This document shows, one piece after another, positions 1 to 13,940 of a stretch of 38,544 nt of DNA; position 1 is the stretch's first letter, and the number at the start of each line of letters is the position of its first letter. Source of the stretch: Perkinsus chesapeaki ATCC PRA-425 (lineage: Eukaryota > Protista > Perkinsozoa); assembly GCA_013115145.1 (NCBI GenBank), contig JAAPAO010000331.1, forward strand, positions 1 through 38,544, written 5' to 3'. The notes under the pieces are model-generated. The model saw nothing but the letters and a program-made list of their open reading frames with translations, ran no database searches and had not been told where the DNA came from. Made by a program: the position numbers and the translations under genes.

Positions 1-215
1 ACCTTTTCGCGATTTCCGCGGTAATCACTAGGCGGTTACCAGGTTTTCGTGATTTTCAGGTGCATCTCCAATGGCAATTATTTCCAGTGTCGTCTCCGCG
101 GCTTTCGGCACGCGGATCTAAACCTGAGAAGTTTCTACGCAAGAACAATTCGAGAACATTATGCACAATTAATCCCATACCAAGCATAGTGTACTCAGTT
201 ACGTCACTCAGTTCC

Positions 216-358
216 ATCCGATCATCGGATTCCGATGCTACATCATCAGTACGCTATCAATACTCCGCATCTGAAGTTCGGATTCCGAACTTCCGATCGG
301 CGCCCCTGTTCATAGGGCCTATGAACAGGCCGAGGGGCCTATGACATAGGCCGTACGT
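216..358. repeat. Cluster of 1-nt-centred palindromes / 22-nt fold-back scars
   Basis: 216-237 ATCCGAT-C-ATCGGA-T-TCCGATG is a perfect 7-1-6-1-7 scar of the 8-mer ATCCGATG. 273-293 is a 10-bp-arm palindrome and 305-329 a 12-bp-arm palindrome. 337-358 is a scar with 2 mismatches. Confidence 0.9.
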
Positions 359-886
359 TCCGCCGTATTTCTGGAAATATTCTGCCCTTTCTAAGACACC
401 CTGTCACTCCATTTCTTTGTGTTTTTCCGATGAAACCACCAAGACCTGGCGATATCACTGGAGAGATGGTTAATGGTATCAATGTGAAGGAAGTCTTAGC
501 CATGATTGCGACGATAACGATAGCGTCAAGGAGAATAGCGACAAGGACGATATCGACATCCCAAGCGGTGTCGAGGTGAATAAAAATAGCGGCGATAGTT
601 CCCTATTCACTACTTATATAAAATCACCTCCAGCAAAAAGTCCAAGTAAGGCAATAAACCTTACCGCACCAAATCTCAGCCTGAAAGGTTCGGAGCGACC
701 TTCCCCCCTTCGCTGCCGGGACCAGTGACCTTAGCTCAGTCTCATGCGACAAAGCCGCTCGATGCTGCTATTTCATCTTCTCAGCTTACAGATAGGGCTC
801 GCGCCTTATCGTACAGAGAATACTACGCAAGGGCGTTTATCATTGACCATCATATTAAGACTGCGAGTGGCAGTGTGAGTTAATCG

Positions 887-927
887 ATCTGATCATCAGA
901 TTCTGACGAGAGTCCCATCATGGGACT
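887..927. repeat. 22-nt fold-back scar plus adjacent 8-bp-arm palindrome
   Basis: 887-908 ATCTGAT-C-ATCAGA-T-TCTGACG (1 mismatch); 911-927 AGTCCCAT-C-ATGGGACT. Confidence 0.8.
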
Positions 928-1274
928 TTGAGTCCCGTGGTTGGTCAACGTATATCTGGAGCTTTTCTCATGTTGAACGAGAATCGTATTAAATCTAACC
1001 GTCGAGAATGGTTCTGAGGGGAACAATGATTTTCCCCGCCGGTGGCCCACCCAAGGCACGCGCCTCACATACAAACAGGACTATGCGATATCGAAGTTCG
1101 TGGCCGGCGAAGTTGCCTATGTCCGACATAGTATGTCGTTGCTGAGAGACGCCTGGTACCTTCAAGGGGAAACAAGGCCTGGAGCAAAGCCTTCAGGGTC
1201 TGAAGTTCAGACTAGGTATGCTGTGAGATTACACTTGTCCAATGAAATGTCTGGGAGCTTTCTTGAGCGGGATC

Positions 1275-1296
1275 CGCTCCCCGGGAGCGGCTCCCG
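1275..1296. repeat. Perfect 22-nt fold-back scar (8-mer CGCTCCCG)
   Basis: CGCTCCC-C-GGGAGC-G-GCTCCCG. Confidence 0.9.
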
Positions 1297-1634
1297 CCCA
1301 GAGCCTCAGAAGCAGATGGAAGAGAAAACTTCAAGAAGACCACGCTTGAGTTTTTTCATTGAGCTGAGGGAGGATGACGTGGGCAGAATAAAGTAAAAAG
1401 TGCCTTCAATGGCCAAAATAGAGGAATGTCTTCCAGGTTGGAGGTGAAAGTGGGCGACCGGTGTCACTTGATAATCAAGTCTGGATTGGCGACAACAATC
1501 AATAGCAAAATATGAATAAATAGGAATTAATAATTCCTCATCATATTTTGCTAGCAGGTCAAGTTGACCGCCAATTTAATAGATTCAGTCTATGGTGGCC
1601 ATTGAGAGTCATTTACGAGAAATCGGTGGGCTGT

Positions 1635-1979
1635 ATTACAGACTGTAATTTACTGTACCTCAGCTGTAATTACCTCGTGAGTCACGAGTCGTGACACGTT
1701 GAACCTGTCAGGTTCCCAAACCTGGCTCACCTCGTGAAGCTCACCAAGTAGAGTCTATTGGGTAGATTGGGACCGACTCGGTCCGACCGAGTCATCCTAT
1801 TTGGGTGGTTCCGGTATACATCTCCATCACACGGCCATGCGCCATCAACCAGCCAGCCAGGGCGCCTGGGCCCTGAGCCCTTATTGAGTAAGCTAGCGAT
1901 GAGTCTACGATACCCGCGAGATAACTGATGATAACCGATGTTACTTTCGGTGACTTGGTCATAGTCTATGACTCATAGA
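1635..1979. repeat. Cluster of 22-nt fold-back scars
   Basis: 1635-1656 (ATTACAGT, 1 mismatch), 1674-1695 (CTCGTGAC, perfect), 1701-1715 single fold, 1770-1791 (GGACCGAG, perfect), 1958-1979 (GTCATAGA, perfect). Confidence 0.9.
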
Positions 1980-3069
1980 CTGTCACTCACAGCGAGTGCT
2001 GTACGTGCGCGCGCGTGCAGAAACCTTTGTGCAAGTGCAGGATTGCAATAAAAATGAACGCGCTGAGGCTCGATCCGGGATCGATGATCTGGAAAAGACT
2101 ATTTTGCGTCGATGCCAAGTTCGAAACAAATAACGTGTTGGTCTCCGGGACTAATGTATTCGCCCGGAGGAATGAGCTGGACCAACCGATGGCTTAAAAG
2201 CTGGTCTATCCAGTGGCGGGATATGAATGCTCGTTCGCGGTTAGTTTTTAACATTTCCGCAAGTTTTCAAAACTGATGATTTAAAGGTATTGTGTTCCAA
2301 GTCTCTACTGATCACCTTCTAAGTGGATTCTATTTGCATTATGATTGAGATTCCAACGATTGTTGGTAGATCAGCCACTGAAGATAGCCAGCAGCAGCAG
2401 CAGACCCTTCGCACCACCAACACAACCAATCCATCACCCATGAGTTATGATATGAAATTGTAAGAGGAGCTATTTTCGCCAAATTGGCATCTTGCATGAA
2501 AATGTGGTATTGCCATATCGATAACCGATGTAAAAACATGTACACTCCCTGGAAGAATTCTCATGACGATTTGTCCTGGGAATGTTCGACACTTTTGTGT
2601 GCCTCTTTGTGCGTATGTTATTGATAGAACCATACTGGTTCGGATGTACTAACATTATATAGTATTCATTATATAGCATTATAAAAGGTTTTTCATTCGG
2701 GTTTTGGGTTTTCGTAATGCTCTATCAGGCGAATAATTATGTTAATCATTATTGCGGACGCGGTATCAAATGCAGCATTCGACTACTCAGCTTCACTGTC
2801 GCCGATGATCACATTTTTCACAATTCAAGTAAGTTGTTTAAATTTGCGTTTGAAGCTGTCAAACGAGCAATGCAAATGCAATTGATGGATGACTGGGACT
2901 GTGAAGGCTCACTGGTACCCAAGACGCTCGGCTACACAACTTCTACGGAGGAGGCTCACCAACACCATTGGAAGAATCTCAACCTAGTTTACATTTTGGA
3001 GAATTCCCATTTCTCAGCGTCAATGTCGAGTCAGCGAACTCCTGAGCGCTTCAACATCATAAGGGTATC

Positions 3070-3143
3070 TTCCGGAAATTTCCCTTCCGTATGAATATTT
3101 TTTCGGAAATTTCCCTTCCGTATAAATATTTTCCGGAAATTTT
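3070..3143. repeat. ~30-bp tandem repeat, ~2.4 copies
   Basis: TCCGGAAATTTCCCTTCCGTAT(G/A)AATATTTT repeated directly. Confidence 0.8.
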
Positions 3144-6135
3144 CGTGATTGTCGTCACGGTTTTGATTTTCGTGGATTTGAATTATTGTATCTCAGATTA
3201 TCCTCCACATACTACTCCTGTTGATGTCATTTTTGGTATCTTGGAGCACCTTCCTTCAGCAGTTTGGTTTGCTTGGGATGGCCTGCCGAGACGGATCCCA
3301 AGTGGTCTGTCTCGGAATACTGAGATTCGGTAATGAAGGAAAACGTATTTATTCATCATCTTCGTTAGCGTCTCTCCTCGTCGTTCGCCTGCCGAGATTG
3401 ATATCAGCGTTCGAGTCTGAAGAGCCGATCAACTATGATGGATTTCAATTGACGATCCACTCTATGATTTCGGCTTGGTTATATGTCGCAGTGCTGAGGT
3501 AGTAATTGGTAACTGTTCGATGCTCTCTTCGTTCATATATTCTACATTTGAGCTCGTTTGATAATAATGTGATAATAGTTGAATTTTCTACCGGGTAACA
3601 TTGCAGGAGGAATTCATCTATTTTGACTCCTGAAAAATATCCGAACAAATATTTATTGAAGTATCTGTATTGTAAAAATACGTTATGTGACAGCATTTTT
3701 TCATCACCATTGCCTCCGCCTATTAGCGACGAACTTTTGACCGCCGGGGAGTAGCTTTCTGTGAGGCTAGATGAACACAGGAATTGGTTTTAGGCGTTTT
3801 TTTCAAGATACGGTGTACAACTAGGTCGAGCTAAGTATTATGATCCTGAGATATGGGTTAAGTGCGCAGCCGGAAGATTTTGAAAGATACGCCTGTTCTT
3901 CTTCTTCCTCATGATGATGATGATGGCATGCTGTGCTAAGTGACTGTATTTTCCACAAATGATTGTTGCTCTGTTAGTAAGTCGAATTTTGGGATTGATA
4001 TCCAAATTCAGGCTATTGGGACCAGAACAGAGGGCGGAAAATGAGGGGGCCGAGGCGGGTTCATTTTTATTGCTGACCAGCGCAGCAGGAGGAATCACTC
4101 CATGGAATAGCGCCAAATATTTCTAGATTGAATTTGAAGCTTGATTCGTTCTCCCCGCAATCGAGCATCAGCAACCGCTTGTGGCTAAATGATTCCCTGT
4201 CAAGATCGGACACCTTTCCTTAGCCAATTCTGGTTCATCCATGCCTATAGCAGCATCTTCTTCGGTAGTAGCATTCTATCACCCTCAGGTGGAAGGGTCT
4301 TTACGGTTGGCGGATACAACATGGGTAGTAAATGGGGAATAATGCGACATTGGTGTAGAGCACTAAGTCGGAGAGATTATCGAGGCAGTTGTAGCGATTC
4401 TGTGGAGTTCTCTGGGCGATCCATTACTCTCGCGTGAAAAATCCGATGAAGGAAATTTCAACATTATTAATCATGCATGAATTAGTTAATTTATTGAACT
4501 ACTCTGAGAGTATATATTATATAGAACTGAAAGAAACGGGTTTAAGACAAAAAGACTCCGGGCGAGTGGGTCTGGAGGACATGGACCATGTCATAGATGG
4601 TCAGTTAATAACTAACAACCGTATTGTTGAATAACTGTCAATCTCTGTCCAAGGGTCACAGAATCGATTAACTCGTTAGACTGAGATATTTGGCATTAAG
4701 ACCTTATAGTCTACGGGAAAAATGCAGCCACAAGCCGGACAAGTTGTTTATCAGTACTCGACAAATCTTCGGGGTTCCTCTCCTGCATGCATAACCTCGT
4801 AATCAGGGCAATGGCAAGCTATTAGATGATGTTAAAGTCGGTGGTCCAGTTCGGGAAGCAGGAGTAAGTGGCTCCAGCTACCTGACGTGGACATGTGAGA
4901 ACTCATTGATTTGTGGATCGGAAGGTAATATCGGGAAAGGGTCAGAGTCGGTCTGCTCAATTCGATTCGTACTATTATCGGCTTTATTAAATTTATCGTC
5001 TTTATTACCCTTATACACCAAAGTACTCTTTATTTCATTTTCCTGTATATTTCGTTCTTAGCGCGTCCCTCCCCGGGATAGAGTCTTCCTACCGGTTGCG
5101 CTCTCCCCATTCAGGTTGCTCTGGGTTTATAAGCTCTACGAATTTAATAGCGCGGAAATCAATTTGTTGCTGTCAGAATGCCTTTCGATATAGTAAAGCT
5201 GGTTAACAGTTTTTTACTGGTCATATTTCGCCTGTGTCGTCTGTCGAGATTTTTGCGTCTCACCCTGCGGTCAGGGAATACGAGCCCTTTTCATTCTCGC
5301 CAGTGGGAGTCTTCCACCTTCACCGTATCGCTTCGTGAAAATCGAAGTCCAGCAAAGTTTTGCGGAATTGTTATGATTACTGTAGATGACACTGCTATGG
5401 AATTTGCTCATCGAACTATCCGATTTCTCTCGAGTTCTTATACGGCTTGTCTTTACCAACTTTTCCTCTGTTTCAGGTACAGCATTTGAAGTTGCGCACG
5501 AAGCGCTTGGCGAGGTAGTATCGGCTGGGGAGATTTTTTTCGGGGGAAATTGAGTTTTCTATTTCTTAACAACTGTTCTCGAGAATTTTGATTGTCCAAC
5601 ATTGCACGTTTGGTTCCAGCGACCTTGCGATCTGGTAAGGGAGGAAGCCGATAGACATCCGATGTGGGCATAGTCTAAATTGACACTTTTTGCGCTGGGC
5701 CAGTGCCACTGGCATTTGCTATGATGAGGAGCTTTGGGCCCCAAAGCGTCTGTCGGCCTGCTCTATAACACACCTATTCGCCAAGATTTAGCTCTAAAAT
5801 TGGTATGTGGTATCTATCAGAGGTGAGTAGTACCAGATTTTGTATTTTACATTCCTCGGGGAGGTTCATACTGTTGCCTTAATCAACGCGGATTGATGGG
5901 TGAAAAAAGCTCAGGAGAAACTTCTTGTGGATTTACTTGGTTTTCATGGTCCTCGTCCACCTGGGCCATCACGCGCGTTCAGTTGCTCAGTAGTGGAATA
6001 TTACTAATAATAAATCTTGATTATACTTTCATCATAGTGATGAGTGATTTATTAATGTTGAATTCTATCAGTGTGTTCATCTTGAGTAATAAATGCTCAA
6101 TGATACGCAGTTAACAAGTACAGTCAAATCCTTCG

Positions 6136-7689
6136 TTGAGAAGATTTCATACTGAAGAGGCCGCTTGGTGTCCGCAGGTGCAATCAAGGGCAATTAAGGC
6201 GTTTTCGGACACCTCTGACATCTGGACGCTCCCCGATGGCCGTCTTCTATCGTCCTCACGGAGCTCGGGGGTTCGGATATTTCCTCCTTTTCCCAGCTGG
6301 GGGTCATCAGCATCGACGAGTCCGCAAAGCACGTTATCGATCCACGCGGCTTCGGCGGTTTGTGGCACCTCGGACGGGGGTAACATTTTATGGGGGACGG
6401 AGTCGGGATGTGTTCAACTGGTGAAAATTGAAGAGCTGGATGGGCCTCGATTTGAGTGGAAGATTGATGGGGTTAATGTTGGCGTGGCGTCGCTGAGGTG
6501 TACGGAGATCGGAGGGGGTAGCAGCTTCGCGGTGATGGCAGAAGACTGCAGCGTGCTCGTTGGTGATGTGCATGCGTGCGGAATTTGGAGCTACAAGATT
6601 CCATCGGAAAGTGAAGAAAGGATCGATCGATTGTCGTCGGATTTGGTGGCGCCCTCGCCGTGTAATGAGAGTCTGTTGGTTGCGGCGATCGGGCCGAGTA
6701 GGGCTATTCGGTTTGCGGATGTCCGACAGAAGAAGGCGTTGAAGGATCTTAGGTTGAAGCTTGCACCGAGCAGCGTATCGTTGCGGGCGGATGGGGCATT
6801 TATGGCAGTTGGATCGGAGGAGAGCGCTATCGTATATGATTTGCGGTCGCTTAGAAAGCCTGTTGTGGTTTATGAGAATACACCAGCAAGGAGTGTGGCA
6901 TTTTATAGGGAACATCATTATGAAAAAGAAGTAATAAATTTATTAGGTGGGTTTCAATAGATTACAACTTTTATGAGAAGGATAAAGTAAATATATAAAG
7001 GACTCCAAAGTTGTATACAGGCTAAATTAATTATAATGTGATTGAGATACTTTGCTGAATTGATCGGGATATTATCATTAACTGAGATCTCGCAGATTGG
7101 GATCTTTGTATTTACTAGCATAATTAAGTGTTTAATATGAAGCCTCATCACACGTTCGTGCGTTGTCGTTAGTTCGACGATCGTTTAAGTCGCCTTCCGT
7201 TCGATAGTGATCCTCGCTCAGGAGCCACCGAGCCCGAAGTCAACTCCACGCGGAAAGCAAAGTTCCAATGTGAGGTCGATGACGCCTCACACGCAAAGAC
7301 TCGCAGGAATGTTACGAAGAATCGGTGGAGGGTTGAACAAAACTACCAGCGATGACGTCACCGCGGTTTCGAGCAGATTGGGAATAGTTTCGAGGATCGA
7401 TGATGAGGAGGGTTCGAGAAGCATAATGGGCGAAAATGAGGAAGATGGCGAGAGTCATTTCGAGGAGAGACGAGGCTCGCAGGCGTCGGCGGGGGGAGTT
7501 AGTTTGAGAAAATTAAGTTTGAATGGAAACGGGAGCGATGCGGACATGGAAGGATTGATTTCGACGTTGAATAGGATGCATGTTGAGACCATTGGTAAAT
7601 TGAGTTATTTGGAGATGAGACAGAGAAAGATGGAAGAGACGTTGGAGAGGATTGTTAATATGTTATCATTACAGCATGAGAAAAAATAG
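6136..7689 (+). CDS. NEDD1: WD40-repeat protein with C-terminal coiled coil, NEDD1/GCP-WD-like (at least 2 exons: ~6136-6930 and 7222-7689; true 5' end unresolved)
   Basis: Segment SPCNESLLVAAIGPSRAIRFADVRQKKALKDL...SLRADGAFMAVGS..AIVYDLRSLRKPV resembles the last WD40 blades of NEDD1. A phase-0 GT(6931)-AG(7221) intron joins it to a Ser-rich linker ending in a helix (ISTLNRMHVETIGKL...), like the gamma-tubulin-binding tail. Recognised from memory of the family, not by search. Confidence 0.65.
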
Positions 7690-9377
7690 CCTTTTTAGTC
7701 TAGAGGTTAAGGGTTGTGTTTAGTAAGCCAAAGGTCCTCGGATCGATCCCTGGTTGATGCATTTCTCTGCAAATACGCATTTTGTGATAGTTGCGTTTAA
7801 AAAATATTTTGTCCAACATGGTGTTTCATCCTCCCGTTGTCCTGCCCTCTTTTATTAATCATGCTGAGTGACCTGAGCGAGATGTCTCTATTAGTGCACT
7901 CGCAATTTACTCTTTTCCTAGAGAGCTTACGCCGCGGCGATGTGGATTTCGCATAATTACAAACCTATGTAATAGGTTTTTTCTTCAGGCGCAGGGGTTG
8001 TTGGGATTGTTACCTTTTGCTCCTCAGTTTTTTGCATCTTGCCTGCACAAAGTCAACTGTATTGACTACACATCAATAAGATGTTTGAACTCGTTCCGAT
8101 ATATGTAATCGTTTATGCTCATCCGACTCGCTCTGATGCCCATGGGTTAGTAGCCCAGGTTTGTTCCTTAGTCTTTCGCACTTTGTCTCTTTGATAAAAC
8201 CAACCCGATGGCTTGAGCGTTGAAAAGCAGTTCTGCTGGCTCTTGTGACCCGACCGTTGAAAATCCGGCCATACGGGGAGGTCTGCTCGCCTGATCACGT
8301 TTCCTATTACATTTGTGATCCTCAATAGATCACGATATTAACTCCTTTCCTGGTTCACCATCGGCTCTCTGGAATGCTGTTTTGAAAAATCTGAAATTAA
8401 GACTTCTTTGAAACCGTTCTTTGGGAGCCGTTGGTTGCTTCTCTATGACTGCCTGCCTCTATAAGCGTTTTTATTATTCGTTTTACTGTCCACAGAATAC
8501 TGTTAATAATGTAGTTGATTGAGCCAAATTATATTTTCATTAGTAATGTTCGATCCAACTTCGTCGCTGGAACGAAAGCGTCCGAGGGATGAGCACGGTA
8601 ATAGGGGTCTGCTGGGGGGAAATGAAATGCCACGGGCTTGTTTATAAACTGGTTGAATAAACGTCACTACCTCGTTGCGAATTGTTATTAGGAAATGAGC
8701 TACTCGCTGATTGGGAGGTTATTTTGATAGGTCATGAGTTTGCCAATTTGGTTTCCAATTTACTAGTGATACTAGCTCTATCTAGTGGTCGGGAAATTTA
8801 TAGTAAATTTATATAGTATAGATTGCCATAAGCCATGATCATACTGATATAGATAATGGCTATAACGTAATACAAGTTTCATCGTTACCACATAAACTTA
8901 CCGACAAGACCAAATCTAGCGGTATTGATAATATATAAGACATAACTTATTTTTATTATTCATTTTTTTACTACAAATATGATTACCAAGTCTACGGGTC
9001 CTTCACCCCCAGAAGCTGAAACGTGCTCAGAAGGCCTTAGCCCGACAGCAATCAGGGAAGCGTCTGGGTTGGCAGGAATTTGTCTCCCGAGTGTCAGAAA
9101 TGTTTCCTAATACGGTGGAAATTCTGACAGAATTATTTTCCTAGACTGCTAGGGAGACGTCAACTGGCCCATTCCTTCCGGTCGGCCTGATATCTGACTG
9201 TTGAATGCTCCTTGAATGGTAGTGTAACAAGCGCCAGTTTACCGCGTCAGTTGAACTACAAAGAATATGCCCAACAAAAAACGCAGATGGAAAACATGTT
9301 CACCCCGGGGATTATACTTCTGATGGAAAAGGGATAAAAATTTTTACGTCAACATATGAATTCCTGATGATGGTGCA

Positions 9378-12300
9378 TTGAGTACGATCGTTGGTTGTTG
9401 TTGTTGCCCAGGTCCAAATGGTGGTGTGGCACCTGGGAGCAGTAGTGGTATGCTTCCTGGTCGTTATCAAGCTGCTATATCTTGTCCGGGTGTGGCTGTT
9501 AAAAAAGTTATACAACATTTGCCGGAGATTCAAGCGCAGAGTAGATGTGTTGTCCATGTGGATCATAATGAAAATGCGGATGGTGGAGGTGAAGAGGATC
9601 AACAACAGCAACAACAGCCGAGGACCCTAAAATTGGCTACCAGTAATAGAGGCAAATCGATCATGAACTGTTCCTCATCACACGCGGAAATAGTCGTCCA
9701 GTAGACCGTCGGTATGGCAAACGGGTTCGTATTCTTCTCCATTAGTAGATCTTTGGAAGCCGTAGTTCAACCTCGAAAGGGGAGGGGCTGCATACATTTC
9801 TTAGGGGCTGTATTGAACTCTCCTGCGTGTGCCGGATCAGCCCAGCGTTAGATAAATTAGCTAGCAGCGGGGAGAGGTACAGAAAGCTTTAGTGAATTTA
9901 TCACTGTCCGAAATTTCAAATGACGATTTCAATGATGCGGTATAAGAATCGTTGGATTCAAATTTGACACTAATCACTTTTGGTTGTTAAAGTGTCTTCC
10001 CGGGGTAGTAAATTTCCGTGGGGGTTATGGTGTGATCTATGCTTGGTTAGCTGAGCTCTATATGACGGTTTAATGATTAATAAGACTTGCAACCAAACAC
10101 CGTCTATCTTATGAAGTATGTAACATAATAACAGCTACCATAATAACGTAACCACTTATATGAATGAGTAATACTGAAGCTACTAGCGTGACGCTAAAAT
10201 ACTAAGCCGACACCACAATGAGTCATACGTCATGCACAAAAGTAGACAGATCAATGAACTGCTGAACCCAGCATACCATCGCCCACTTGAGATGACTCAG
10301 TACCGCAATAGTAATAAATAATGAATCTTTAGTATTATCCCAATAATGAACATCCTTGAATAATTTCACCGTGCTTTATTAATATTATATATATGATATT
10401 GTTTTTGTTGTGTAGACACTCAAAGTTGCTTGGATGACTGCCGTAATAGGATACATGAGTACATATCGGCGGTGTTATCGGCACATAGAGGGGATCTACC
10501 AGATGGCTATGAAAGAAGGGTAGTAGTCTGATAGGGAAGGATATGGCTGAAATTGGGGAGACTAATGCGGAAATTGAGGCTGAAATAAGGAAATCTCCGT
10601 CAGAAAATGCTAATTTGAGGATACAGTGGAATTCTTGGCAGGGAATATATATGTCTAGACCAAAGGGAAAGACCAAATGCAATCTTGGGGAAGTTTGATA
10701 TCACTCTGGCATTATGGATGGGTCCTCGAAAATCGCTGTGGTTTGTTAACCTATATTATATGACCAATATATTAGTGCTTATGAGTTTTAATATATTATC
10801 ATAGTATGAACATGTTTACAGCTACTATATATATTCCATCGCTTGAGTAACTAATAGTTGTCACTTGACTCAAGGTTTGCTTCATCAGACCTTAACTATC
10901 CCAGAGTCGAGTGTCGGATCAGTAGTAGGCCCCCGAGGGGCAGTTATAAGAGCGATCCAGAGAGACTCGGGAGCAAAACTTGACATTGCCCCGAGGCAGG
11001 AGAGGACGTCCGGTGGGGACCAGGAGCTGACTTTGGTCGGAGGAACGGATCAAGTCGCTGCGGCGGTGTGGATGGTTCACGATGTTATGGAAGGGCAGTA
11101 TAACGTCGACGCTGCGCTTTTGCAGCAGGAACAGGATAGAAGGGCCAAATCGATTGCGAGCGGCGGCGGTGGCGGAGGGACGCAGACAAGATGGTACGGA
11201 TCTAGGCATGCGGTGGATCCGAGCATTAAGGAGAAAAGAGTAGGCGGAAATGCGGTAGTAATTAGTAGTTGGGTTTCAGGTTATTTATGTACCGGTGGAG
11301 CACGTGGGGAATTTGGTGGGACCGAAGGGGGCGGTGCTGAGAGCGCTACAGCTTGACAGCGGAGCGAAGGTGGATATGGAACGTAACGATGGTGGATGTC
11401 GTGGCCGGGCGCACGTGTGTCTTGGAGAACTTGTTCGAATTATGGGTTAAGAATTATTTAGTTAATATTTAGTTTATTATTAGGTATTATATGTTAAGAA
11501 TCTGTGATAGGAATGATTTGAAATTTGATCATAAGAATCTTTAAAAATCTGAAAGTAATGTATTTTCTGTGATGTAGAGGTACTCTGAGGAGGATCTCGG
11601 GAAGTCGGAATTGGGAGTTTGGAGTTTTGGGAAAGGTTTATTGATCCGAGATTAGTGGACTAATTACGGACTCGGTTGGCATTGGAGCAAGTATTGCTGG
11701 TCGTCCAGCAGTAGAAAGACATTCCGGGCTTTATGGCAATCGGATTTTGCAAAACACGACAATGAGCGAGCTCCATGTCGTTCGTTGGGGAGGCCTGGTC
11801 TTCGGGGGATGGTGAAAATTGATGATAATTCATCACCAATCATCGTGGATAGAATATGAGTGTAGAGGGGGACAAATTACGCCGCGGAGAGAAGTGTTGG
11901 ATGGTGCTGCATAGAGCGGATCACTCCGAGACGTTCTGCCATATAGATGAATATCCTCGTTTCAGCTGCGCCTTCAGCTGGCAGCGACAGCGCTCGAGAT
12001 CCCAGAGCTTTGACTATTTCTGGATTGAGTCCACAAGTGTCTGTTGGTTATGATATGGCGATGTCGGTATTAGAAGGAACGTACGATATTGGGAGAGCTG
12101 TTGAGAGGGCTGGAGGGTAAGCGGCGCCTTCAGGCAATTAAATTCGCCGTTAAATGGCGTTGGTTTCAATTATTACTAATAATGTGTGCACTATCCCATT
12201 ACGGACAGAGTAGTCATTGTAACACAACAATGCTAGGTTGGGCTGATAGTTAAGTAATGGTTAGAATATCATGAGTTGTGAAAGCTAGTAATAAGATGGT

Positions 12301-13536
12301 ACGACAAATGTGCGGCGATAGACAGGAACTGTGTTACAATGGGGAGGTCTCGCTCGAATAACGGAAATCCACAACGGGGAAAATCAGCTCGTCAGATGTT
12401 CGATAATATCTGTTTGATATTACCTGGATCATTTTGGCCAAGCTGTTGCATGATACGAGCTCACAATCCCATTGTATTTAGTAGCTTCTTCGCGGACGGA
12501 CAGTCAGGATTCTGTATAGTGCATACCTCTTCGAAGTTCGGAGGAATTGTGGATGAAGTCGAAGATGCTCTTGTGAATTTTAGGCTTTCCCCGAAATGAA
12601 GTTCGCCATTGACTTGCGTCGAACTCGATACATTTCTTATCCGGCAGTAATATATTAAAATTCTGGGATTTTGTAGGGAAAGCTTTTTTCGAAGATGGTC
12701 TAGAGTAATCATTTGTGGCGATTTTAGGGTCCCCCTGACTAGAGGGCAATCGTCAACGGGCGGTGGCGGCGGTCCTCAAACGTATAACGCTCGGAATAAC
12801 CAAAGACATCATTCGGCTCATCAACCTCCACCACCGCCGGGACCACATATGACCAACAGGCCGGGAGGAGCATATGGGATGCTAATGAGCCCCACCGGTA
12901 ATGCGGCACCTATGATGGTTGGAGGCAGTCAACATATGGGCCCGCCGATGGGGCAGATGGGTGGTCATGGAGGGCCACCGCAGATGATGCCGATACATAT
13001 GACAGATGCTCCGGGAGTGAGGGTGCTTAGTGTACCATATGATAGCATTGGATCGGTGGTGGGACCGGGTGGGGTTGTCCTATGGGCGTTGCAGAATGAT
13101 TCTGGCGCGAAAGTCGATATGGAGAAGTCGGGGGTGCCTGGACAGCCAAGACCGTTGACTATCAAGGGTGACACTGTTAAGATAGAAAAGGCTATGGAGA
13201 TAATACATAGGGTTTTGCAGGTAAGGGGAGGGAAGGAGAGACATGTAGTAAAGTTAATGTAGGAATAGTTACGTGAATTGTAATAATAGAACTATTATAC
13301 GTAAGTATACGAACTTTTAAATGCTAATTTACTCACTAGTAAATTTAAAATCTCACTATTGAAATATTACACTTATATTATGGATTTGCGAAGTCTTAGA
13401 TTGCGCTACCGAGTTGCTTGCTATCACTGTTGCTTAGGGCCAGTTTGATGTCGATGACGCAATAATGAGGAGGAGGCAGTTGAGGCAACGTTACCAATCT
13501 GGAGAAGGAAGGGGCAATCAGACAGCTCAGGATTAG
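9378..13536 (+). CDS. Multi-KH-domain RNA-binding protein (FUBP/KHSRP-like architecture), multi-exon; well supported from ~10880 to stop at 13536, 5' part (9378-10690) tentative
   Basis: Three type I KH domains: IPESSVGSVVGPRGAVIRAIQRDSGAKLDI (10865 ORF); VPVEHVGNLVGPKGAVLRALQLDSGAKVDM (exon from 11280 after a 40-nt intron 11240-11279, completed by exon ~11970-12116 RALTISGLSPQV..); VPYDSIGSVVGPGGVVLWALQNDSGAKVDM (12849 ORF). Last intron 13221-13437; last exon GQFDVDDAIMRRRQ..* ends 13536. Confidence 0.85.
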
Positions 13537-13940
13537 GGTGTTATGGCCTATTAAAGACAGGCCAGGGATTTCGGGGGTTTCTGCAGAACTACTACGTTTT
13601 TTATTAATCGAGTTATCAACAACAGCTGGAGAAGGAAGCCTGCTGTGGGTCTCTTTTCTGAAGGGTTTTGCCTGCACCCTTTCGTTAATGAGTATGTGTT
13701 GAGCTATTTAAGTGTAAGAAAGTGAAGGTGGGAGCGAAGGATAGACCTGATCTATTAGATCAAATGCCTAGTTGTATACCACGCTACTAAGTTAACCGTA
13801 GCCCAATGTCGACAGTAGTATTATCAGATGATAATCTGCTAGTATGAAGTGTGTAGTGTGGGGGATGAGCCCCCGGTACTAGTCGGTCAGCTACTACCTC
13901 GTCAAGGAAAGTGCGACGTGTACGAAATCTCTCTGGGCAG

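Noticed and set aside
1100-1396. 98-aa ORF with GTG start
   Set aside because: No recognisable motif, no ATG start, and it contains a +14-nt scar (1275-1296), which argues against a maintained coding frame.
3200-5822. Exon-like fragments on both strands (3.2-4.4 kb minus; 5.2-5.8 kb plus)
   Set aside because: Probably parts of genes, but I could not build consistent spliced models or recognise a family, so they are not called.
6388-6918. 176-aa minus-strand ORF
   Set aside because: Antisense to the WD40 exon.
12169-12183. ATTATTA-C-TAATAAT palindrome
   Set aside because: Single fold in low-complexity AT sequence with no third arm; compatible with chance, so not counted as a scar.
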